DNA of 64,000 nt from the human T2T-CHM13v2.0 reference genome, Homo sapiens. The position numbers and the translations under genes were made by a program. Position 1 is the stretch's first letter. Every line of letters begins with the position of its first letter. The stretch is taken from assembly GCF_009914755.1 (NCBI RefSeq), contig NC_060945.1. The stretch is one strand, 5' to 3'. Shown here piece after piece: positions 25,369 to 38,261 of this stretch. The notes under the pieces were generated by a model, which had not been told where the DNA came from, searched no databases, and saw nothing but the letters and a program-made list of their open reading frames with translations.

Positions 25369-26430
25369 TGTTTCGGGAAGTCAGGGACCCTGAATGGGGG
25401 GACTGGCTGAAGCTGCAGCAGAAGAACATAAATTGTGAAGATTTCATGGACATTTATTAGTTCCCCAAATTAATACTTTTATAATTTCTTACGACTGTCT
25501 TTACTGCAATCTCTGAACATAAATTGTGAAGATTTCATGGACATTGATCACTTCCCCAATCAATACTCTTGTAATTTCCTATCCCTGTCTTTAATCTCTT
25601 AATCCTGTCATCTTAAGCTAAGGATGTATGTCACCTCAGGACCCTGTGATGATTGTGTTATCTGTACAAATTGTTTGTAAAACGTGTGTTTGAACAATAT
25701 GAAATCTGGGCATTCTAAAAAAGAACAGGATAATATGATTTTCAGGGAACAAGGGAGATAACCATGAGGTCTGACTGCCTGCGGGGCCGGGCAGAACAGA
25801 GTCATATTTCTCTTCTTGCAGAAAGCGAATAGGAGAAATATTGCTGAATTATTTTCCCAGCAAGGAATAACCCTGGGAAAGGAATGTATTCCCAGGGGAG
25901 GTCTATAAATGGCCACTCTGGGAGTGTCTGTCTTATGTGGTTGAAGATAAGGGATGAAATATGCCCTGGTCTCCTGCAGTGCCCTCAGGCTTGCTAGGAT
26001 TAGGAAATTCCAGACTGGTGAATTCTAGTCAGACCGGTTGTCTGCTCTCAAACCCTGTTTCCTGTTAAGATGTTTATCAGTGACAATGCTTGCCCAGTGG
26101 GACATGAAACCTCATCAGTAATTCTAATTTTGCTCTGGCCTTGTGATCTTGCTCTGCCATTTGCCTTGTGATCTTTTATTGCCTTTTGAAGCATGTGATC
26201 TCTGTGACCCACTCTCTATTCGTTCACTCCCTCCCCTTCTAAAATCCCTAATAAAAACTCACTGGTTTTGCAGCTCCAGGTGGTCCTACCAATATGTGAT
26301 GGCACCCTCGGAGGCCCAGCTATAAAATTTCTCTGTTTGTGCTCTTTCTCTTTATTTCTCAGACCTGCCGACACTTAGCGAAAATAGAAAAGAACCCACG
26401 TTGAAATATTGGGGGCTGGTTCCCCTGATA
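25369..26430 (+). mobile_element. MER11 (B/C-like) solo LTR, HERV-K11/HML-8 family
   Basis: tgtttcgggaagtcagggaccc..gggggctggttcccctgata. Internal repeat gaacataaattgtgaagatttcatggacatt x2. 6-bp TSD gataaa/gattaa. Confidence 0.92.
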
Positions 26431-28814
26431 GATTAAAAACCCTAAAAAATTGGGTATAGAAGGAATATATCTCAACATAATCAAAGCTGTATATGACAGA
26501 CCCAAAGCTAGTATCATATTGCAAGAGGAAAAATAAAAAGCCATTTCTTTCAAATCTAGAACATGACAAGGATGCCTTCTTTCATAACTGTTATTTAAGA
26601 CAGTACTGGAAGTCTTAGCTAGAACAATCAGACAAGAGAAAGGAATACAGGGCACTCAAATTGAAAAGGAAAAAGTCAAATCATCCTTGTTTGCAGATGA
26701 TATAATCTTATATTTGGAAAAACCTAAAGAATCCACAAGAAAACTATTAAAACTGGTAAAACAAATTGAGTAAAGTTGCAGGATATAAAATCAATACACA
26801 AAAATCATTAGCATTTCTACATGCCAACAGTGAACAAACTGAAAAACAGAAATAAAAAGGTAATCCCATTTACAATAGCCACAAATAAAATTAAATACCT
26901 AGGAATTAGCCATGAAAGTGAAAGATCTTTACAAATGAAACGTATAAAACACTGATGAAAGAAATTGAAGAGATACCAAAAATGAAAAGACATTTCATGT
27001 TCATGGATTGGAAGAATCAATATTATTAAAATATCCATACTACTCAAAGCAGTCTACAGAGTCAATGCAATCTCCATCAAAATACCAATGACATTCTTCA
27101 CAGAAATAGGAAAAACCATCATAAAATTTATATGGAATCACAAAAGACCATAACAGCAAAAGATACCTTGAGCAAAAAGAACAAAACTAGTGGAATCACA
27201 TTACTTGACTTAAAATTATGCTATAGAGCTATAAAGAGTAAAACAGCATGGTACTGACATAAAAACAGACACATAGACCAAAGGACCAGAATAGAGAACC
27301 CAGATACAAATTCACACACCTGCAGTAAACTATTTTTTGACAAACATGCCAAGAAAATTAACTGGGGAAAAGACAGTCACTTCAATAAGTGGTACTTGGA
27401 AAACTGGCTATGCAAAAAATTGAAACTAGACCCCTATGTCTCACCACATACAAAAATAAAATCTAAATGGATTAAAAACATAGAAATCTAAGACCTCAGA
27501 CTATAAAAATACTACAAAAAATTGAGGACACTCTTAGGACTTTGGTCTGGGCAAAAAATTATTGAGTAATACCCCACAAGCACAGGCAACCAGAGCAAAA
27601 AGGAACAAATGGGATCATATCAAGTTAAAAAGCTTTTTTAGAGCAAATTAAACAATTAAGAAAGTGAAGAGACAACCCACAGAATGGGAGAAATATTTGC
27701 AGACTACCCATATGATAAGGAATTAATAACCAGAATATATAGGGGCCTCAATAACTCTATAGGAAAAAAAAATAATAATTCAATTAAAAATGGGCAAAAG
27801 AGTTAAATAGAAATTTTTCAAAAAAAGACATACAAATGGCAAACAGGCATGTAAAAAAGTGCTCAATTTCTTTTTAGAGAAAAGTGCTCACTTCTCATCA
27901 GAGAAATGTAAATCAAAACTACAATGAGACATCTTACTCGGCTAAAATAGCTTTTATTCAAAATTTAGGCAATAACAAATGCTGGTGAGAATGTGGAGAG
28001 AAGAGAACCCTCATATACTGTTGGTGGCAATGTAAATTATTACAACCATTATGGAAAACAGTTTGGAGGTCCCTCAAAAAACTAAAACTAGAAATAACAT
28101 ATAATCCAGCAATCCCACTGCTGGGTATATACCAAAAAGAAAGCAAATCAGTATATCAAAGAGATATTTGTATTCCCATGTTTGTTACAGCACTGCTCAC
28201 AGTAGCCAAGACTTGGAACCAACCTTATTGTCCATCAAGAGATGAATGGAAAAGGAACACGTGGTACATACACCCAATGGAGTCCTATTCAGCCATAAAA
28301 ATGAATGATATTCTGTTATTTGCAACAACATGATGGAACTGGAGGTCATTATGTTATGTAAAACAAGTCAGGCATGGAAAGACAAACATCGTATATTCTC
28401 ACATATTTGTGGGTTCTAAAAACTAAAACAATTGAACCCATGAAGATAGAGGGTACAAAGATGGTTACAGCTGCTTGGAAGGGTAGTGGGGTGGAAGGAC
28501 TGTAGGGGTTGGGGTTGGTTAGTGGATAAAAAAAGATGGTTAGAAAGAATGAATAAGAACTAGTATGTGACAGCACAACCGGGAGACTATAGTCAATAAT
28601 AATTTAATTGTACATTTTAAAATAACTAAGAGTATAATTGGATTGTTTGTAACACAAAGGATAAATGCTTGATGAGATGGATACTTAATTTTCCATGATG
28701 TGGTTATTCTGCATTGCATGCCTTTACCAAAACACCTCATGTACCCTGTAAATATGTATACCTACTGAGTACCCACAAAAATTAAAAGTAAAAAAATTTA
28801 AAAATAATAATATA

Positions 28815-30105
28815 TATTACAATATAAATCTTGTAACTAAAAAGGAATATAGTTTATATTTTCCAAAGTCCAGCAAATACCTAATATGATTTAAAAAATA
28901 AAAAGAACTACCTCTGACTTATTCTTGTGAAGTTTCAGAAAATAAAGATAAAAAGATAGTCCTAAATCTTTCAAAAAGCCATCCAATAAAGAGATCAAAA
29001 TCAGTTGGAATCAGAACTTTACCCATAATGCTGAATGCTGGAAGCCAAGCAACAATTTTTAAATTCTAACGGAAAACAGTTTCAAGCCAAAACCTCAATA
29101 CCAATCAAATTATTCAATAAACATATGTATATTTTTATGCAACTCAGAAAACTACTTCTCCACACCATTTTTTGAAGTAGTTACTTTGGATGTGCTTAAA
29201 TAAAGTGGGTGGGTTAACTAAGAAACGACACATGTATTCCAGGACACTAATTGAGATCCAACTCTGAAGAACAATGACATGAAGCCCCCAGACAATTTCA
29301 TCGAAGCAGGATTAGAAAGCATTTTTACTTACTGGCACAGGTAGATGGAGGGGTCCAGATGTTATCCACATATAAAGGTGCATTGCACAATTGGAGTACT
29401 GTGCTAGACTGGATAAATCTAAGGATATGACAAAGCAAAGAAGGAAAGGAAAAATAAAGACAATTAAACAATCCACGACAAATAAAAATAAAAATAAATA
29501 AGTTACGTAAGAGAAGAAAACAATAACACCCTAAGTAGACAAGTGAAAAATATTTACATAGTTTAAATAAAGTGAAGGTTGTTTTTAAAAAAATATCTAA
29601 CATGTTGAATCAACCTACTGACAAACTGTGGAAAGATACATTGTCAATCTTAAAACTTAAAAATAGTAAAGGTCCTGATAATAGATGTTGAAGGTGGAAG
29701 GCAAACAGAAGTGAGCAGGTAGACAGGAGTGATAATGTCTTTATAAGGATAGAGCTAAGATTGACTACATGTGGTTGGTGGAGTAAATAACAGAGGAACT
29801 AAAAGTAGGAATATAACTAGACTGGGTGGTTAGCATGGGGAAGGGAAGAAAGGGGATGGTGACTGTTTGGTTTGTGAATGAGCTAAAACATTTTCTTGTG
29901 TAGTAAGAATTCCATATGCAATTCCTAATGTTCATAGATAAGTATTGGTTTAAGGATATTATTTAGAGACTCAAGGACACCTGAAGAACTACAAAAAGAA
30001 ACAGTTTGAATTTGCTGCCTTTAGAGGAACAGAGGTGGATGGGTAGAAGTAGGGTAGAAATTATTTAACATTTTAATTTTGTGCATGTATTGATTTGATA
30101 GGCAC
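28815..30105 (+). mobile_element. HAL1/old L1M-like element, 3' part
   Basis: Degenerate L1 ORF1 C-terminal-like sequence (cttgtgaagtttcagaaa..tttcaagccaaaac..ctcagaaaactacttctccacacca) followed by a 3'UTR-like region. Confidence 0.55.
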
Positions 30106-30407
30106 AAAAAGGTAAAGTGGAAACAACTGAAAAGAGTCATTCAGGAATGATTTTATTAAGATTTTTGCTTAAGCTTGTTGAGTGTGTGTACATTCAAATG
30201 ATCTGTGAGAGTATTTATATACTGTATGTGAAAAAATACTTTTGTGAATTCCATCTCATACAGAGATGCTGGTCTTAAGATTTTTTTCCCCCAGTTTGGT
30301 AACTTCAGGCAAGTCAATGAGTATTTCAAAATCTCTGTCTACTCAGCAGTAAATTGGGGGTATCAGATCAGAGATGGTTCTGTAAGTTTTGTGTGTGTTT
30401 GAAATAG

Positions 30408-30772
30408 TGATATGGTTTGGCTCTGTGTCCCCACCCAAATCTCATCTTGTAGCTCAATGATTCCCACGTGTTGTGGGAGGGACCCAGTGGGAGATGATTG
30501 AATAATGGGGGTGGGTCTTTCCTTTGCTGTTCTCATGATAGTGAATGGGTCTCACAAGATCTGATGGTTTTAAAAACGGGAGTTTCTCTGCACTAGCTCT
30601 CTTTTTGCCTGCTGTCTTCCGTGTAAGACGTGACTTGCTCCTCTTTGTCTTCTGCCATGATTGTGAGACCTCCCTAGCCATGTGGAACTGTAAGTCCAAT
30701 AAACGTCTTTCTTTTGTAAATTTCCTGGTCTCGAGTTTGTCTTTATCAGCAGCATGAAAATGGACCAATACA
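30408..30772 (+). mobile_element. THE1A-like solo LTR
   Basis: tgatatggtttggctc..ggaccaataca. Perfect TSD aatag. Confidence 0.93.
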
Positions 30773-32834
30773 AATAGTAAATCTTTATTGCAGTTTTAAA
30801 GGTGTGCTTTATTTCTTAATTAGAATCCCTGTGGTGTCTTAATTTCTACCTTGTTTCTATTTTCTTATTCCTATCCTTAAGTCAGTTGTAGAAACTTTTT
30901 AATACAAAATGTGTAGAGATATTCATTTAATACTCAAAAAGGTATAAGATAAATTCTTGAATTTTTTTGAGACAGTCAAAAAAGATGTCTAACCTACATT
31001 TTAAATGTGTCATTATAACATAATTGAAAATATGACAATACTAGAAAAAAGAAAGGTAAGTGTTGAAACCAGTAGCTGCATTTTCAGTATGATAATCTAT
31101 TTCCATTTACAACATTTTTTTTTTTTTGCTGATGTCTGTACTTGTGAGTGTATAAGAAAGTTTCTCATCCATGGTAAAGGGCATTAATGAAATTACTGTG
31201 TGACACTCCTTGAAAAATGAGAGAAATATACATTTAGTTTCCATAATGAAATCCATATTTGCTTGGTCATGGCCCAAATTGGTTTTGAAAAGTATATATT
31301 TCACTGAGGCAGATGAAGTGTCCAAAATTAATAAGGATAAAAAATAAGAAAAATTTAAGGAGAAAATTTTCAATTAAAGATGAGTAACTGTTGATTACTC
31401 AGGTCCAAGAATCAATACTGATTAATGTTATGTAATGTAGCAGATCTTGCCAGGATGAAGATATTTGAGTGTAAGCTCAGAATCATAAGAAACAGCTTCT
31501 TTGTAACTTGCATTTTATAGCTGCCCACATCATCCTATTCTATATCCATAGGCTAGAACTTCAGTCTAACTGAGTTTGCCATTCTTGGGAGATCTCAGGA
31601 GATTATTCCTTACAACATCTTGGTTATCATTTTGTCAATCATCCAGGGAACGCCCAACACTTCCTTTTGTCATTTCAGGATTCCTACTTATGTCTTTTAA
31701 CCTGAATACTTTCCAGATCTGCTGTTCCCAGTAAGTTACTACAGTCCACTGCTGACTGAATGTTAGTAAGTTTTGATTGGATTTTAATTGTACAAGGTGA
31801 CTGAGCAAATTTGTTAGCTACATCAACATCATGAGGCAGGACTTAAGAGGGTAGTGGGCAAGGTCAATTCAATTATCTGTATAAAAATATGTCAATGAAA
31901 GCCTGCTTTTATTCTGCTTAATTTAGAATTTATTCTTTCACTTATTTTTGAGGAAGTTTTAAAGCAATTAATGATAACTATAAAAGTGCTGTTTAACAAA
32001 AAATCACTGGTGAGTACAGTGTATATAATGCATAGCTCTAAAGAAATACCTATTGCTCTTTATAATTGTCTAACCCTTTAATTGATTTCATAAATCAAAG
32101 TTTTTAGGCAAGTATGGCCTATATTAAAAATGAACACTTGAGCCTAATGAATATTTTGTTGATAGAAATAATTTCTGAATTTCTCTGCTGAGTAGCAAGA
32201 TAGCACTCTTTAGTACAGGAAGGGAAACTTTAGAAAAATGGGATGCTATAAAACTTAAAGTAAGAATTGGAACTGAAAGTAACACATTAATTTCCTTGGC
32301 ATAAATTTCTGCTTTATCATCCTAAAGCTTTATTTTGGCACAAAGGTAGCAATAACACTAATCCCTCTTCTGGAATCCAAACCAAAGATAGATTATTTTG
32401 TCTCTAAAAATTTCATTATGAATGACTAAGTAGAGAATAGATGAAAAAGTATTTTAATTTAATGTTAAGAATATGCATTTTAGAGCAGGGAACCTAAAGT
32501 TGAGATACCATTTCATTTGTTTGTAGCCTCTTCTCTTATAAAATAGAAATAATAAGATTTAATTCAATGGATGGTTGTAAGAATGAAAGAAATGAGAAAA
32601 TGTGAAATCTTTTTAAACTATGTTTTTCTACAAAAATGAGATGTTAAGATAATAAAGAAACTGACCCTTTGTCATTTAAAAAATAGTTTTAAATATAAAC
32701 ATCCTAGTCTCTCAGTAGAGGTACTAAGAAATAAGGAGAAGATTATAGGCCTTGATATTAAAACAATCGGAGTTTGACTCCTGATTTGAACACACATTAC
32801 CTAAAGGAGCCAATCAATGTATTTCACATATTTT

Positions 32835-33328
32835 TGATTATATACTGCCAAATAAAGAATTGCCCTAAAACTCAGTGTCTTAAAACAACCATGATTTCGT
32901 TACATTTCATGATTTTTTGGGTCAGGAATTCAAATGGCATAGCTGGTGTTTCCTCAGCTGTATGTGGCATTGCCTGTCTCTCAGTGTATTCAGGCGACAG
33001 ATGGGCTGCTATGGGCTGGCTAGGATGACTTCTCTCATGTGTCTGGAGCCATGGTGGAGATGGCTGGAAGGCTGGGCTCAGCTAGAGCTGTGGAATGACA
33101 TGCCAATTCCTGACATCTCCAGCATGACTATCTCCTCTTCCATAGAAGCTGGCTTTTTTCAGAGTGAACATCCCACTGGACCCAGGCAGGAGTAGCAATG
33201 CTTTGTGTGACTTAGCCTTAGAAGTTCCAAACATCCTTTCTGTCACATTCTTTTTATCAAGAGAGATATACAGTCTAACCACTATTCCAGAGGAAGGGGA
33301 TTAGACCTCACCTCTTAATCTATCACAA
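32835..33328 (-). mobile_element. MLT1 (G/H-like) LTR inserted in a MIR
   Basis: ccctaaaactcagtgtcttaaaacaac..gaggaaggggattagacctcacctctt. MIR pieces on both sides (about 32720-32800 and 33330-33440). Confidence 0.7.
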
Positions 33329-33583
33329 TACCTCTGAGCTTCAGTTTTGCCCTTTTATAAAACCTACTCCAGTACAGTTGTTGTGAAGACACAATGAGAC
33401 AATGTCTGTTAGGTTCCTCACATAGAGCCTCGCACAAAATATTTCTCTCCTCTTTTATTTTTCATGTATAAGGAAATCATATTTCCCAATGTCACTAAGA
33501 CACTGGACAGGTGGGAAACACTGAAGTAAGCACAACTTCTCAGTCTCTGAGCATTCAAAATAGCAGTGAAGTGGGTTTATGCA

Positions 33584-33939
33584 TGGTATGGTTAGGCTTT
33601 GTGTCCCTACCCAAATCTCATCTTGAATTGTAATCACCATACACGTGTCAAGGTAATTGAATCATGGGGGCAGTTTCCCCCATGTTGCTCTCATGATAGT
33701 GAGTTCTCATGAAAATCTGATGGTTTTATAAGGGGCCCTTCCCCCTTCGCTTGGCATTTCTCCTTCCTGCTGTCTTGTGAGGAAGATGCCTTGCTTCCCC
33801 TTCGCCTTCCGCCATGATTCTGAGTTTCCTGAGGCCTCCCCAGCCATGCTGAAGTGTGAGTCAATTAAACCTCACTTTCCTTTATAAATTTCCCAGTCTC
33901 AGGCACTTCTTTACAGTAGTATGAAAACAAACTAATAAA
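33584..33939 (+). mobile_element. THE1D-like solo LTR
   Basis: tggtatggttaggctttgtgtccctacccaaatctc..aactaataaa. Confidence 0.9.
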
Positions 33940-34962
33940 ATATACCATAGTCATAGAAAATACCCAAGGCTCAAACCATATGGGATCTTCAACTTACTGT
34001 AGGCCAATATAGGACTGGACTACTAAAAAGTGACATACTTGAAGAACCTAGACACAAGATGCTAGTACTCTACCACTCTGAGCTTTTAAATGTGATAATA
34101 GGAGTGTATCAGCATCTCAGCAACTATTGTTTTACAGCCTATTTACCAATTGCTCTTCCTAATGATTCCAGCAACACATGTTTAAATTCTGTTTTGTGTG
34201 TCCTTTAGGTATAGAGGATGTAAAATCTATTTTAAAAGATTTCTAACCATAATGGTTACCATTAAGTGTGGTCTCATGTGAAGTAGTAAGTTTCAAGATT
34301 TTCTCCTTCCCTAATGGTGCTAATTGATGTGTTCTCTAGAATGCTATGACATGATTTGGAAAATATGTCATTGTTTGGCTGCCCAGCAGCTGACCTCTTG
34401 TTTTATGTTTGTGGAATTATTTATCTTGAATCCTGGTAAGACTAAGGGAATATCTTTCAATAGGAAGCTGGAAAGGGTAGATATTTTTTCTCCTTTTTGG
34501 CAACTAGAGTAGACCCATGAGATAGGCTTAAATAGTCATGGCTATTTCATATGAGGAATCATGAAGTAGTGATATAAAGAATCAGAGCCTTGAAAAATAC
34601 AGTCTGGAGACGGGAGGTCACAGCTGCATGCCAGTGTGCAAGAGTAGGGGGTGAGGCAGAGACTGGGACAGCAGTAGTCTGTAGCATTCAGGACCAGCTG
34701 TAGCAGAGCAAGCTGTGGTATTCATACTAGACTTGCTTTGTTGCAGGATTTTATCCCAATTGTGGCTGACACCTGACTTATGTGCCTTTTCAAAGCCAGG
34801 TCCTTCAGTCTTCCCTGCAACTCTGTGACTCATTTCATTTCATATCTTTGTCTGCTTAAGTCAGTCAAAGTTGGATTTTGTTGCTTGAAATTAAGGATCC
34901 TGATCATTATGGAGCTTACTATCAAGAGTGCTTATAGGCCATGGACCCACAGGGAAGTGGTA

Positions 34963-35118
34963 GCAGTGGTTCTCAATTTTGGCTGCACATTCGAGTACCC
35001 TAGAAGGTTTGAAAACTGCCAATGCCTCAAGCCAACCCATATCAATCACATTGAATGGCCATAGCTAGGAAACCAGGTACAGATACCTAAAAAGTTATTT
35101 AGGTGATTCTAATGTGAG
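34963..35118. mobile_element. MER5A/B (hAT-Charlie) MITE
   Basis: cagtggttctcaattttggctgcacatt..aggtgattctaatgtg. Confidence 0.75.
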
Positions 35119-35875
35119 AATTAATACAGAGAAAGAAATACAATGCTTTCTGAAGATGGGGATGTTGACGTGGATTAATAATATGTAACCTGCTCACCCA
35201 TTCCCAAGTTATGTTCCCTGAGAGGGCCCAGAATGTACTTTTTTCACCAAGGTTTGGGTGATTCCAATAATCCTGGAAAATCACTTCTGTGTCTGTTCTC
35301 TTTAAGCCAGAGACAGTGAAACATTGCCCTTAAAACTGGCTTCTCAGATGCCAATGGAGACAACAGGATCTCAGGTAGCAGTGGCCAACCAGCCACACCT
35401 AAATTCTAGGAGCAAAGGAGGGCACACTTATTGCAATAGTGTTCAGGGCTTACCTGATAATCATGATGATTGGTCCAGTTGGGGTCTTTGGCATTCTGCA
35501 ATTAACAATGGGTTGGTAGGACTAAAATGGATGAGAAACCCACAAAGTTCTTCCTTGATTTGTTTAACTGGAACATTTCCAAGTCTGGCAAATGGAAGTC
35601 TGACTTGGTTTAACTTTGGAGAGTCATAAATCCATATAAAATTTTCAGACCTAAGTCATTTCCAACACCCCAGAGCCCTTGAATAAAAAACAGACAGTAC
35701 CCTTGAGGATGGAACCTGTGAAAACCTAAAATGTACTGACCGAGGCTGTGAGTCCTAGCCTTCCTTGAAGGCCCTTGGTCGGTCACCAGATAGCTCAGTG
35801 GTCCTTCCTTCACTGGCACAGCATAAAGAGCAATATAAATACTTTTGAAATATTTTTTGTTACTAGATCTTTCTT

Positions 35876-36193
35876 TTTTCTTTTTTCTTTTTCTTTTTCT
35901 TTTTTTTTTTTTGAGATGGAGTCTTGCTCTGTCGCCCAGGCTGGAGTGCAGTGGCTTGATCTTGGCTCACTGCAAGCTCCGCCTCCTGGGTTCCCACCAT
36001 TCTCCTGCCTCAGCCTCCAAATAGCTGGGACTACAGGTGCCCACCACCACACCTGGCCAATTTTTTCTATTTTTATGTAGAGACGCGGTTTCACCGTGTT
36101 AGCCAGGATGGTCTCGATCTCCTGACCTTGTGATCCACCTGCCTTGGCCTCCCAAAGTGCTGGGATTACAGGCGTGAGCCACCACACCCAGCC
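35876..36193 (-). mobile_element. AluY
   Basis: Diagnostics gcaagctccgcc and gtgttagccaggatggtctcgatctcc. 12-bp TSD tagatctttctt at 35864-35875 and 36194-36205. Confidence 0.96.
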
Positions 36194-38237
36194 TAGATCT
36201 TTCTTAATTCTAATTCCTGGGAACTCAGAACACCACTAGGAGTTAGAACACCAAAGGAGTCTTGGTTTATCTGCCATATACCAGGCCTTATGGGACCCTG
36301 ACACCACCCTGTGGTTGTTGTCCCTGCACCCAAGTGTACAGAAGGAAAGAGTATGCTTGAAAACTGACAGAATCTGTCCTTTTATTTCCTGCCCTAGAGA
36401 GCCATAACTATTATGATAAGAAGGACTAAGTGGAGACCTCTGGAGAACCCTCTCCCTAATAAATAGTCCATCTAAGGGAAGTACGAATAGCAATGCCATT
36501 TTCAGACTTGAAAGAAATAGGGGTAATGAGTTCTTTATATTTCCTTTTAATCTGCCAGTTTGCCTATTGTTTACAGGGATCAGATATGAAGTTTGAGAAT
36601 GATAATGAATTGCTGGAAGCTTAATCAGATGGTTGCTCTTATAGCAGCTGTAGTTTCCAGATGTGGTCTCTTCATGGGAGCAAATAAACAGAGCACCTAG
36701 TTCCTGGTACACAGATAGCAGTCTGGCTGAACTTTTTGTCTCTACTCAAACAGCAGAGAACATCAGAAGCATTCTGCTTTTCCCTTGGAAAGACAAATGC
36801 ACAGCAGGGGGTAAAGGCAAATCTCACAAAAATACAGGGGCCTATCAACTCAGTGGCAACTATACCAGGCCATAGCAGGCCTTGAAAGCACTAGTTGTGC
36901 AAGAACTTAGTCGCATCTGTCCATTTTGCTATAGTGTCGTCCTACCTATGACTTACATCTTTAGCCTTGTGAAGAGTTTCCTGGAAGAAATGGGCCTAGT
37001 ATGATCAGGAACATAACTGCTGCAGCATAATAACTAGCATCAGGGTTTGCTGTGTGGGAAATGAAGTTTCCTCCCACTGGGTAGAACCTTGAGCATGATA
37101 CCCTATTGTCTATAAGACCTGGACAGAGAAATGGCCTGAGCTCAGTAGCTACATTGCTTCCTGAGCATGTAATAATGTGGTGGTGAAGTTAAAGAAATTA
37201 AAGGAAGAATTTTTTTAAAAAGTGAGAAGTACAATGACTATGTGTGTGGATGTAAGACTGTTTGATTCCCACATGACATCTCATCAGAAGGTTCCTAGTG
37301 GAGAAAACTTTCAATAAGCATGTGGAAAAGATGACCTTTGCATAGAAAGATAATTACAGGTTATGTTCGTACCATCTACAGTGTAGAATAGTTAATTATT
37401 CCAGGCTGGGATTTGCTTGCCCTGTCTTTCATGCATTTGGCAATCTGTGAACTTCCTGATTTCCATTTACACCATTGTGGGATTGTACACAATCTTGTTC
37501 TTGACCAAGAAACTCACTTTACAAGGCAGTTGCTCATCAGATTCACTTTTTTTTTTTTTTATCATTTACTATATGATCTATTAGCTCTTGGCCTTTGGGA
37601 ATACTAGTTATGTCTGCTGGAAGGTCACGGTTGCATATTTAGGATATGGTCCTTTAAATGCATAATATGCTCTGAACCAGCAACCAATTTAGGGTATTGG
37701 ATCTCCCATGAATAGATGGAATTGGGAGTGACATGCCCTCAATGACGTCTTACTATATGCTAGAAATATTTTCTTTCTTATCCCTAAAACACTAGGCTCT
37801 ACTAGAGAGAAATGTTTCCATCAGGGAATACAGCAAGTTCTATGTTGAATTAGAAGGTAAGATTTATTCTTAGCCATTTTGGGCTTCACAAACCACTGAA
37901 TGATCAGCCCCAGATGAGGGTTATTGTTGACTCTAATGACTGATCTGACAATACAGGTGCAACACATTACAGGATGGGAAGTATATGAAGGGAACACACC
38001 TGATACCTTGGCTGCCCCCCAGTACTGCCTTGTCAAGTGGTATACATAAATCCTATACAGATAGGATCCTTTATGAATTAAAATTTGGTCATTCCACTGG
38101 AAAAACCCTAGCCAGCTAGATAATAGAAAAAGAATTATGAGAATGGAGTGAGAGTAAGGGAGTCACACAAAGACGCCTTTATGAATAGCTATGGAGACGA
38201 TTATAGTTTTTTCTCAGATTCTCTTCTTTGCAATGTT

Positions 38238-38261
38238 GTGTGTGTGTGTGTGTGTGTGTGT
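38238..38261. repeat. (TG)n microsatellite
   Basis: About 12 TG units. Confidence 0.9.

Larger units (their letters stand above)
20180..28810 (+). mobile_element. Full-length decayed L1 (L1MA1/2-type); nested AluSx and MER11
   Basis: 5' gcaagatggcagagtagaag. ORF1 region about 21800-22750. ORF2 EN/RT remnants (tttgcagatgatataat = FADDI). L1MA 3' end ..gtacccacaaaaattaaaa with A-rich tail. Confidence 0.92.

Noticed and set aside
25425-25545. Direct repeat gaacataaattgtgaagatttcatggacatt
   Set aside because: Intrinsic to the MER11 consensus.
35810-36187. 125-aa ORF and similar ORFs at 415, 10783, 24172 and 57447
   Set aside because: Typical Alu-derived translations.
36236-36712. 158-aa minus-strand ORF
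   Set aside because: Antisense to decayed ERV-L pro/pol, with no recognisable domain.
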